Source of the DNA: Azolla caroliniana | Taxonomy: Eukaryota > Plantae > Polypodiophyta | DNA: 64,000 bases | Assembly: GCA_043228905.1 (NCBI GenBank) | Contig: JBHGNT010000001.1 | Coordinates: 23,064,001 to 23,128,000, forward strand | Direction: 5' to 3' | Part shown: positions 50,117 to 61,407 of the stretch, one piece after another | Position numbering within the stretch: position 1 is the stretch's first letter | Layout: each line of letters begins with the position of its first letter | Position numbers and translations under genes: made by a program | Notes under the pieces: model-generated | Seen by the model: the letters and a program-made list of their open reading frames with translations, nothing else | Databases searched by the model: none | Told to the model about the DNA's origin: nothing

Positions 50117-51565
50117 ATGGCCTTTGCCTACCCCCGCTTTAACGGCGAAACAGACGCCGCAACTCATATTCGCATGTTCCTGAATGTCTGGAATGCGAAC
50201 CACATGGAGCAGAGCCCTTCGGAGGCGGTAGCACACCAGTCGAAAATGACGGAGTTCGGGTTAACATTAGATGGGCGAGCGGCGTTTTGGCACTCACAAA
50301 TGGATTTACCAGCAATAACAACCTTCGATCAACTACAGTCCGCTTTCTTGCGATTCTTCCATCGGAGGGTTCCACAACGCGAAATCCTCAGACAGTTTTA
50401 TACGATTAAGCAACTGCCGACTGAGACGATAGCAGACTTCAGCTTACGTTTCCAAAATTTACAGCGGAAACTGGAATGGAGCCCCGCAGAGGACGAGGCT
50501 CGGGAAACATTTCTGGCAGGTTTACGTCGGCCCATCCGGGCAACGCTCAACAACAATAGCGTGAAAGGGGAAACGGCAGATATGGTAATTGAACGAGCGT
50601 TACAGCTCGAGTTGGATGACGAGGAGGAAAGGTTTTCTATGTCCTCCTTACCACAAGCGTTACCTCAAGACGAGGAACGCCAATTTCGTCAAGCAATCCA
50701 GTGCACGATTTGCTTGAACTCAGGGCATTCCATAGTGGAGTGCAATATGCGAATCCACTGCCCAATCTGTCACTCGAAGGCTCACACAGTCGACCAATGC
50801 GAATACAATATGTTAAACAGAGCCGCTCCCGCAGTCCGCAACATGGACACACAACGTCAACCACACCGGACTAAACAAAGGAGGCAAGAAGACCGACCAC
50901 GGTATAAGGATCGCAACCCACGGGAGGACCGGCACCACCGGAATCGCCGAAATCACAACGATTCCGAGGAGGACAAACTAGAGGACGAGGATTATCGTGG
51001 ACATCCGAGTTACGCCAAAGGGGGTCGGCGCTACGAGAATCACCGGCCAACAAACAAACGGGGCGGCTTCAATGGTTATCGTGGTAAGCCATGGCAATAT
51101 CGAGATCATCAGGGGGGGATGAACGGCACTAGGAACAACGACAGGACCAACAGCAGCCACCGCGTACGTTTCGACAAACGAGGCCGGACCGCGAGGAGCA
51201 AGTAGCACTAGGGGAGCGGCCCACACCACCAGGAGCCGAGAAGGGTGAATCAAGCATCCATTGTTTTATTTGTCAGCAACCCGGACATTATGCCACGCGA
51301 TGCCTAGCACACAAAGGAAACGGGCCCGCTATCAATACGATTACGGCGGAAGTGCAGCAAGTCACGACATGCCAGGAAACAAAAACGGTTGATTGGGCTG
51401 CGCAAGACGAGGTACGCCGACAAGCCCAAGCATGGGTGGAAAAAGCAAACGCGACAAATACATAACGCATGCGGAAGGAGTCCGCGAACACAATGGAGCG
51501 AGCAGAGGACGAAAGACCGGTCCCAAACCCCATTTGGCAGGCGTTAGCGGGCTGTGAGATAACGT
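50117..51565 (+). pseudogene. gag: gag of the probable Arg-primed element (interrupted at 51566)
   Basis: YPRFNGETDAATHI, IKQLPTETIADFSLRF, knuckles CTICLNSGHSIVEC and CPICHSKAHTVDQC, and a third knuckle CFICQQPGHYATRC near 51261. Confidence 0.85.
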
Positions 51566-52386
51566 TGTCGTGAAGAATTTCGGCCAAAGGCAGAAACCGG
51601 GAAACATTGGCTACATCGGCGGGGTGCAGCGTGTGTATGCACCCATGTACATTTACTGTGAATATCGAGGGCGCCTTTGTGGCGCCCAAGAGTAGTCAAG
51701 TCGGGGCAGACGATCCCATGTAAGGCGGGATCTGTCCCACATTGTAACGCATCCCTTTCCTTGTTCTATAAAAGGAAGGGAACGCCCTTTGTGAAGGGGT
51801 TGCCCATTTTGCATTAGAGGGTATACCGTTAGGTTTAGAGTTAGCTTCTTCTTCTTCTTCTCCTTCGTGTTTGCTTAGGGTTTGCTGCAGCTCATCTCCT
51901 GTGCAAGACCCCGCTCGGCGCAACGAGCCTGAGAGCTCCCCGACGGCGGCTTGACAGCAGACGACTATTGTAAGCTATCTTGGTCTGGCTCGAAGCCGGG
52001 AATGTATTCTTCATATATATACATACATATACGTTTACGTTTGTCTGTGTATATTCCCGTCGCTGTTGGCGTCGGGTGCTTACCCTCTCCTGTGTTTTCT
52101 GTACATAAGGCGCGAGTCGGGTTGAGCTGTGTGTACGAGTGTGTGGCTCTGTGTGTGTGTGTGTGTGTGTGCGCGTGAGTCGGTGTTAAGCTCTCTCTCT
52201 CTCTCTCTCCCTCCAGTTGCTTCCGGTGTGTTTCTGGGATGCCCCGAAAACAGTGAAGCACGACTTCCTACGCTCCATCGCTCTCTAGTCCAAGACCCCC
52301 GTGGTCCCGCCTTTCTCCACGCACGCGCGTAACAACACGACATATTTGGTGAATCCGACGTGAAACAGGCGGCAGAGGAGCAGAAG

Positions 52387-54512
52387 ATGAGGGGGTCGGA
52401 TCTTGCAGAGGCCATGGCTTCGGCCGTGGACCGGATAGTGAGCGCGCACGAGGCCACCGGCGCCCTTTACAAGGCTATTGAGGCGATCGTCGGTATGATC
52501 GGCCGGTTCAGTGGAAAGGATGCCACGAGTTATTTGGCGTCCTACCGGGCGGAGATGTTGATGAGGGATATTCCGGAAGAGAGGCGTCTTGCCGGATTCC
52601 CGCGAGTGGCGATGCTGGGCATCCATGCGGAGGTGCTCGAGGTCCGGGCGGAGAGCCGGACCTGGGAGGAGTTCGAAGGACGGCTCCTGGAGAAATACAG
52701 GCTGGATGACGCGCTTCGACTTTCGAAGCGGGGCTTCATGGAGTGGGTGGAGTCCCCCGACAAAGGAAGAAATGCATTGGCACTCCTCCGGGAGTTTGAG
52801 GATCGCTTTGCGCGCCTTTTGGCGCTCGATCGGACCGTTCTGGACACAAGACTTGTCCTACTGTTTGTCAAATCGGTTGATGCACGGGATCGGGAGCAAG
52901 TGGGCTCCTTGCTGGAAACCGAAGACGGGCTGACGGCCGACTGGGCCGCGGTAAAAAGAGTCTGCGGCCGTTTTGACAAACGGTGGGAGTGGGCTGATAC
53001 AGGGGCGACCGGGGCGGGTCCTGTCGCAGCAAGGAAGCTCGAACCAATACCGCAGGTGCGACGGGAAGAGACCCGGGAGTGGCTCGAAACCAGTTCGGCT
53101 TCGACCGGCGTAGTCAGAGGCTCATCTAGGGGGATAGCTTTGGAGGAGTTGACACGGGCGGTAAAGGATCTCCAGATCGCCCAGGCTCGGAGGGAAGGCG
53201 GCGATCAGGCTCGTGACCGGTGGCCTCCGGCAGGAAATAGGTGCATGTGGTGCTACGAGTTCGGCCACATCCGGAAGGACTGCGAGGACTTTGCGGAGGC
53301 CTTGAGAAGCCGGGTAGTGTACCTATGGGAAGTTTGGGTGCACGCCAGCGATACCTGGAGGGCCCTGAACCGAAATGACGGGCGAGGAGGAATGAAAAGG
53401 CTGATGGAAGAGGCGGCGGCCCGGCACGCGGAGACCGTCCACTACTCAGCGTCAGCCGGCATTCGTGCCGGAGGCAGCGAGGCCCGGAGAGAGAGCAAAG
53501 CCGGGTTCTGGCCGACGGTGCTGGAAGGCCTCGCCGGTGCCCGACTAAAGAAAGACGAGGCGGACCGCGCGGAGAAGCGGGTCCAGGGGGTAACCGGGTG
53601 GAGTGACCCGGTCGAAGAAAAGACGGGTTTCGTCGAAGCAGCTTGCCAGAACTACGAGGCTCTGGTTGAAGACAAATGGGTAGGTAAAACCAGAGGGGCT
53701 GGACCCTCACAAAGATACGAAACCCGATTCGGGCCGAAACGGAACGAGACCAGTGAGTCCAGTGCCCGAGAAAACCACAAGAAGGGCGGATACCGTTTGA
53801 GCACGGAGATCGAAAGGACCACGGACCTACGAAAGGTCCTGGAAGAACGAATCCTCGACAGTAAGGTGGAACAGTCATTGCAGGAGGTGCTCGGAATCGC
53901 CAAGAAGGAGTTCCACAACTCCATCGTAGACTTGGTGAAGAGGAAGAGGCTGTCGACGGAGGCAGAACCGGAAAGGCCGGTGGAGGTGTGGACGGCGCAC
54001 ATAGAGGACATGGCGCTGGAAGACGAGTGGGCGGAGAGCCACTATTCGAGGCCACACTGGGCCCGAGCGACCACGGAAACCCCGGTGAAGATCGGAAATG
54101 TTCAGGAACCGGTGGTGGCGTTGGTGGACCACGGTCCGGAAATAAACCTGATGTCCATGGACTTCTACAAGAAGGGGAAATGGCCGATCAACACCAAGCA
54201 CGGGTGGAAGATACGGGCGGCGATGCGCGCCACCGAGAAACTACACGGGGCTTGCCCAAACGTGCGAGTCAAGATCAGCGACGTCGAGATAGACCAGCAC
54301 TTCTTTGTGCAGGAGCGTCCTCGCACCCGGTCATACTGGGAGAACCGTACATTACGGCAGCGCGAATGGACACCAAGGTGCTGGACAACGGGTCGGCTTA
54401 TGCGAGGGTCAAGAGTCAGGACGGGCGTCACTCGGTCCAGTTCCTGACGGTGAGACCGAACCACGAGCGAAACCGCGAGTCCCTCGGTGGCGAGAACCGA
54501 GAGGATTTTTAG
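52387..54512 (+). pseudogene. gag: gag-PR ORF1, copy 3 (one frameshift)
   Basis: ORF 52360-54447 plus the tail of ORF 53988-54512, ending ENREDF*. Confidence 0.9.
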
Positions 54513-57500
54513 AGAGGGTTATCAAGGCGTGGGGCCACGACAGTCCGGACACTCCGGGAAAACCCCATAAATGTACGATAAAGGCGAAACCGAAGAAACC
54601 TTGTACCATAAGTAGGAAGTTTTGTTTCTCAGACAACGGAGGGTGTACGATAGTCGGCGTCGTAGGCAGAGAAAAGACAAGGGCGGAAGAGCGACTTCGG
54701 GCGTGCGGAGTTCTCGGGCCCAGCGAGGAGATCAACGGAGCCGTGGAGGCGGTCTCCTTCGACGATACCTTGGGAATATTGCGAGAGGTGGTCAAAGAAG
54801 GCCTTAAAGAGGACCGGAAGATACCGGTTTGTTCAGAAGAAATGTACGAAGTCATCGCGGACTTCAATCGGGGGCTCGAGTCGGATCGGACGGCCCGGGT
54901 TAACACAAAGTACAAGACTGTGGACCGGAAGGTAAGGCCAGTCGCGGCACCCTTACCGGAGTGCAGCGAGTTGCGAATCAAAGGGGTCGCGTCAGACCCT
55001 AGTTTACGAGATCCGGCCTGCATAGGACACACCTTCACCGACAGAACGCTATGAGAGCTCAAAATCGGTGGGGGCGGTTTCCTACTGCCGGCGGAAGAAG
55101 ACCGGTTTTGGAGAATGCTCGGAAGGCACGGGAAAGCCTTCGCATTCTCACCGGGAGAGATCGGGTGCGTAGACCCGACAGTCGTGAAGCCGATGGTGAT
55201 ATTCACGGTACCGCATGTGCCGTGGAATCTCAAACCAATTCCGGTACCGAGAGCTCACATCCCGGAGCTGATGGAGTTGTTAAGGCAGAAAGTCGATATG
55301 GGCATCCTCGAACCGTCAAGTGCCCCATACTCGAACCGGTGGTTTACAGTACCGAAGAAGAACGGGACGTTGCGCTTCATTCAAGACCTGCAACCGGTCA
55401 ACAGAGTGACCATTCGGAACGCAGGAATCGGACCCACGATAGACGAGTTCGCAGAGGCCTTCACCGGAAGGTCGATCTACTCGGTCGGAGATCTGTACTC
55501 GGGGTACGATCAGTTCCAACTAGCCGTAGAAAGCAGAGACATTACGACGATGCGGACTCCTCTCGGCCTAGTACGGATGTGTACCCTGCCACAAGGAGGA
55601 ACGAACTCGGTGGCCCACATGGTGAACGCGATGAACAAGGTGCTGAGGGATTGTATCTCGGACATCACCATGCCATTCTTGGACAACATCCCGATCAAGG
55701 GATGTCCGGTGTAGAAAAAGGACGAGACGATCGGACCGGACGGATGCCGGAAATTCGTGGTGACACACATTGACAATTGCGAGAGGGTGCTGCAGAAGCT
55801 AGAGGACGTGAGGCTCACCTTCTCCGGGGAAAAATCGGCCTTCGGGCAATCAAAGATCATGGTCGTCGGACATCTATGCGGACCGTATGGCCAGAAATTG
55901 TCTCCGGCTAAGGTGGAAGCCATCTCCGCAATGAAGCCTGACCGTAACTCGGTCACGGAGGTACGGAGGTTCTTGTGAGCATGCGCGTTCTACCACATAT
56001 GAATCCCGCATTACGCCCACATTGCCGAGCCGCTATACGGGTTGCTGAAAAAGGGGCGAAAATTCGAGTGGCGAGACGAGCATACGAAGTCGGTTCGGAA
56101 GATGAAGGAGGCTCTTGCTGCAGCTCCGGCACTCCGGAAGGCTGTCTACGAGAAAGGCACTCCCGTCTACATAACGGTATATACGAGTCCGACCGGGATC
56201 GGGTGGGTTGTCAACCAAGAAGATGAGGACGGCATTCGGTTCCCAATCCGGTTTGGTGCGAAGGTCCTCAGTGAGCAACAACGAGGATACGCCTAGGTTA
56301 AACGCGAACTCTGGGGTATCGTTTCGGCGGTGAAGGCCGATAAAGACTATCTGATCGGGACAGAGGTGATTATCGAGACGGACTGCCTGCCGATTCTCGG
56401 CATGGTTTCCGGATGCGCAACCCCGAACCTAGCAATGCTCAGGTGGATAGCGTACATCAAGTCCCTGGATCCGGAAATACGACACGTTTCCGGGAAAGAC
56501 AATGCCATGGCCGACATGCTTTCGAGGGCACGATTCGACGACGAGAGCGGCATGGTTATAGAGGACGAGGAAGTCAGCGTGGACTTCTTCGAGGCGGCTT
56601 ACGTAACAACCGAGGGGGGGAGCACTCCGGCGCTTAACGATTTTAACGAAAGCAAGTACGATGGGGAGTGGCTACAGATTGGAAGATTCTTAAGGATGAT
56701 GACGCCAGACGCGTCATGGACAAAGGACGAGGCCAACCGGATCCGGAAGAAAGCGTACCGATTCTTTCTCCGGGACGGATACTTGTGGAAGCACCCGAAG
56801 AAGAGAAACGGCATCCCGCTCCGAGTAGTGGCGATGAAGGAGGAACAGGAGGAGTTGTTGAAGGCCTACCACGACAGTCCCTGGGCTGGACACCGTGGGA
56901 CGTGGGCCACGTTCGAGAAACTAAAGGGGAGGTACTGGTGGCCGGGACTATACCGGGACGTGCATCGGTTCGTGACAACTTGTGAGAGCTGTCAGATACA
57001 CCCCACAGTCCGACATCGGGACGAGCTTCACCCTACATACCCTCCGGCCATCCACTTCAAATGGATGGTAGATTTGGTGACGATGCCGATGGGCGTACGG
57101 CAGATGCGATATCTGGTGCTGGCCCGGGAGGACCTGACGAACCAGGTGGAAGGCCGAGCCTTGCAGAACAAAACAACCGCGGTCGTGTGTCGGTTCCTGA
57201 TCGAGGACGTGATATGCCAGTACGGGTGCGTCGGGAAGATCGTGGCTGACCGCGGGGAGTTGGACGCCGAAGAGGCCGAGGAGTTGTTCGACCGGTTAGG
57301 GGTCAAGCTCTCGCTCACCACAGCGTACAATCCGGAGGCAAACGGGACGGTGGAGCGCGGGCACGGACCAATCGTCAAAGCGCTAGTCCGGGCGTGCGAA
57401 AGCCAGGTCGGGAACTGGCCACAACTGTTACCTTACGCCTTGTAGGCGGACCGGACAATGCACAGTTCGGTAACCGGGTTCATGCCGTCAGAGCTCATGT

Positions 57501-57990
57501 TCGGACAGAAGCCAATCATGCCGATGGAACGGACGATCTCCTCTTGGGCGACAGTAGACTGGAGAGACGAGATGGGTCAGGAAGAACTGCTAGCGGCGCG
57601 TATACAGCGGCTCGAGCGGAGGCCAGAGGACATGGAACGAGCGGCGGAGAGACTTTGGACGGCGAGGATGAAGAACAAAGCCCGGTTCGACCAAACGCAC
57701 CGGCTCCAGCAAACGCGACTGGGTGCTAGTCTACGACAGCGGCCTCGACAACCAACACCGAGCAACACGGAAGTTTGCGAAGCGGTGGTTCAGAGCGCCA
57801 ACGACAACGGGACGTATCACCTGGCGGAACTCGACGGTACGAGGATGGCGATGCCGGTAGTAGGGAAGCGGATCAAAGCATTCAAGAAGCGACACGACGA
57901 CGAACCGGATCTAAGAGGCCTGGACAGCGACGACGAACAGTTCGAAGCGCAGGACGAACCGATGGACGAAGAATCGGAACCCGGACCGGT
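54503..57990 (+). pseudogene. pol: pol ORF2, copy 3
   Basis: Fragmented RT, RH and IN ORFs between 55115 and 58060. Confidence 0.92.
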
Positions 57991-58715
57991 TTACTCCAAC
58001 CAGAACCCAATTTTGGCGCATACCGGTGGATGCGCGGTTAGGTGGGGGCGGATGTCGTGAAGAAAACCGTCCCTTACCGCAAACGGTGCATAGCGCACGT
58101 GAACCGGCTCTTCACGCATGCACGCCCTTTAATGTATATAATAGGAAATTAGGTACATAGGCATATCCGGGGTAGTTAGATTCGGTAGGTAAGAAGTAAA
58201 TGAGGGAGACGGCTCCCTTCCTGAAGCTATAAAAGAGAGGGGGGCACGGGGAGAAGGGATCGCGCATTGAGGAGGACGAAGTGCTGTCGGACCGTTACCG
58301 AACGCTTCTCCTCTGTTTGTTCACTATTGCTCTTCTCTGCAGGTTTTCGGGAGGCTCACACTGCTTCGAGGAACGCCCGTGTGCTTCCGGCAGCACCTCC
58401 ATCCTATCCCCTTTCGTGCGTAGACGAACAGGCATCGGCATCTGTTCGCCGGCCTGTTCGGTTGTAACCGTTCGTGTGCTCTATTGTTTTGTGTCATTTG
58501 CTAATATACAAACATTCGTGTCTCTCTGTCTCTGTGTCCATTCGTGTTTTCTGCGTTGACGGGCCATGCCCCTGTGTTTCTTTGCTCATACGCTACCGGT
58601 CGTCTCTCTCTTTCTCTTTCCCCTCCTATCACCTGCTCTTCGGTTCAAGACCCCGGTGGTCCCGCCTCGTTTCTCCACACACGCGCGTAGTAACACGACA
58701 TATTTGGACCAAATA

Positions 58716-61407
58716 TGTCGCGTTGTTACGCGCGTGCGTGAAGAAAGGCGGGACCACGGGGGTCTTGGACTAGAGAGCGATGGAGCGTAGGAAGTCGTGC
58801 TTCACTGTTTCCGGGGCATCCCAGAAACACACCGGAAGCAACCGGAGGGGGAGAGAGAGAGAGAGAGCTTAACACCGACTCACGCACACACACACACACC
58901 CACACACTCGTACACACATCTCAACCCGACTCGCGCCTTATGTACAGAAAACGCAGGAGAGGGTAAGCACCTGACGCCAACAGCGACGCGAATATACACA
59001 GACAAATGTAAACGTATATGTATGTATATATATTAAGAATACATTCCCAGCTTCGAGCCGGACCAAGATAGCTTACAACAGTCGTCTGCTGTCAAGCCGC
59101 CGTCGGGGAGCTCTCGAGCTCGTCACGCCGAGCAGGGTCTTGCACAGGAGATGAACTGCACCAAACCCTAAGCGAACACGAAGGAGAAGAAGAAGAAGAA
59201 GCTAACTCTAAACCTAACGGTATACCCTCTAATGTAAAATGGGCAACCCCTTCACAAAGGGCGTTCCCTTCCTTTTATAGAACAAGGAAAGGGATGCGTT
59301 ACAATGTGGGACAGATCCCGCCTTACATGGGATCGTCTGCCCCGACTTGACTACTCTTCGGCGCCACAAAGGCGCCCTCGATATACACACGCTGCACCCC
59401 GCCGATGTAGCCAATGTTTCCCGGTTTCCGCCTCTGGCCGAAATTCTTCACGACATCCGCCCCCACCTAACTGCACGTCCACCGGTACGTGCCAAATCTA
59501 GTTGAAGGGTGAGAGATTTCGGCCGGTGAGAAACCGGTCTCCCGCGATCCGCATCTCGGCTTGCTGCCGGTTTGATCCGTCGGCTTCGAGTCTTCCTTCG
59601 CGCTCGCCTCCCCGTAGGCTCGTTCGACCCGTCGATGGGTCCTCTGCCGCGATCTCCGTAGTACCCGTACTTTCGCTGGCCCTTGTTCGGCCGTATGAAC
59701 GCCCCGCTTCCCGCCATATGCCCGACGTCCTCCCGCCGCCACCTTCCTTCTCCATGGTCTTACGTCGCCGCGTCAGCTCGAACCGTCATAGTCTCCGGAA
59801 TAGTGTGGAGGATCCCTTTCGGTCTTCTCCGCGCTCGCCTTCCCGCTCCGGCACCTCCGATTGCCACATACCCTCGACCGTTGTTTGGCACCGCCTGTGC
59901 CGTACTCCGGTTCATTGCACGCCTCGTTGGCCCCTTTCCTGGCCAGATCGTGCATTGCCGCTCACCCGCATACTAGTGTCCTTCGCATTCGAGGAACACC
60001 CCGTAGTAGCCCGCTTGGCCCTTCCCTTCTTCGTGTTGCCGCAACAAGCCCTGAGCCTTCCGCTTGCCGTCGTCCCCTCGCCCCCACCAGCTTGTCATCC
60101 CGGCTTGCCATGTCAGTCTTTGCTACTTCGACGGAGCTACCGAGATCTACGAAGCGAGTGTGGAGGATCCTCCTCCGGCCTCTCTTACCATCCCCTGATT
60201 CCGACCCTATGCAGTCCACGAGGCACTTGTCACCTCGTTCCCGGCACCTTTCTTGTGCCGTCTTCCGCTTCCTTCGTTCGGCCCTGCCCGCGCCGAACTC
60301 CGTCCCATAGTCACGCTTCGATCCGGCCCGCGATGGCCACTTGCGAGACTCTTGTTCTGTCCAAGGTGTGCCTTTCCGGCCTAACGCACCTCCCCGTGTT
60401 CGCCCCTACCAGCCCCTTCCGAAACCGTGACCGGCCGGTGAGGGTTTCGCACTTTGCCCGCCCGTCTTACCGGCTCCCTATCCGCTACCTCGTGTTGTCG
60501 GGTCCCGTTCCCTGCCGCCACCATCCTTCTCCCTCGGTCTCACGTTGCCACGTTGGCCGAACTGCCAGGGTCTCCGGATCGGTGTGAGGGTCCCATAGGA
60601 CCGGACTCCGTTTCTATGCTTGCCGAAATTTGGGTGTCTTTTGTTTGAGTCCCTCCCGGACTCTCCTCGTGTCTTCCGCGTAGTCGGGTCCCGTTTCCCG
60701 CCACCACCTTCCTTCTCCCTCGGTCTTACGTTGCCCCGTTGGCCGAATAGCCGGAGTCTCCGGTCAAGTGTGGGGATCCCGTAGGACCGGACTTCCTTAC
60801 GCCCATTGCCTTCGTCACCTCGCCGCCACCGTCAGTATCTTGGTCTTACGTCGACCGCGTTGCCGACTGCCGAAGTCTCTAGAACCGGTGTGAAGGATCC
60901 TCCGTAGACCGCCGTTACGTAGCCCTTTTGTCTTCGTCACCTCGCCGCCACCGTCAGTATCTTGGTCTTACGTCGACCGCGTTGCCGACTGCCGAAGTCT
61001 CTAGAACCGGTGTGAAGGATCCTCCGTAGACCGTCGTTCGTCTTCCCGACCCTGTCCTGGGTCATCCTTTTCCGCATGCCGAGAGGGTGTTTTGTTCTGC
61101 ACCCTCTCCCGTGGTACCGACGTACTGTGTTCTCGGCCTCTCCGTAGGCCAGCTCTCTTCCTCCCTCCCGGAATGGTCATCCCGGAGTCTGCTCCGCCCG
61201 GTTCTCGCTCGGGTCCGTTCGTCTTTCTCCGGATTGTCGAGTCCCGTTCTCCTGTCCCCACCGATCTCTCTTGTCGAACTCACGCCGGCACTCGGGCCTG
61301 CAGCCGGATCGGTGTAAGGAATCCCATAGGACCGGCTTTCATTCTCTTTCCAAATCTCGACCTTTGCCCGGTCGGTCTTTCTCCCCATGTAAAAGAGGGC
61401 GGCTTGT
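58716..61407 (-). mobile_element. Inverted non-autonomous element: type X 3' LTR (58716-59455), PPT and repeat-rich internal region
   Basis: 58716-59455 is the reverse complement of 51566-52342 apart from a short indel. PPT complement tccgcccccacc at 59456. No pol motifs in the internal part. Confidence 0.85.
60810..61033. repeat. Tandem duplication of about 102 bp (period 122 bp)
   Basis: 60810-60911 matches 60932-61033. A further diverged pair lies at about 60500-60605 and 60685-60790. Confidence 0.9.

Larger units (their letters stand above)
51566..58700 (+). mobile_element. Family A-like gypsy, copy 3, with heterologous LTRs
   Basis: 5' LTR at 51566-52342 (type X), PBS at 52347, gag-pol, PPT, 3' LTR at 58053-58700 (family A-like type Y). 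Left flank ACGT. Confidence 0.9.

Noticed and set aside
59502-60587. 361-aa plus-strand ORF
   Set aside because: It is Pro/Ser/Arg low-complexity, antisense to the element, and has no recognisable domain.
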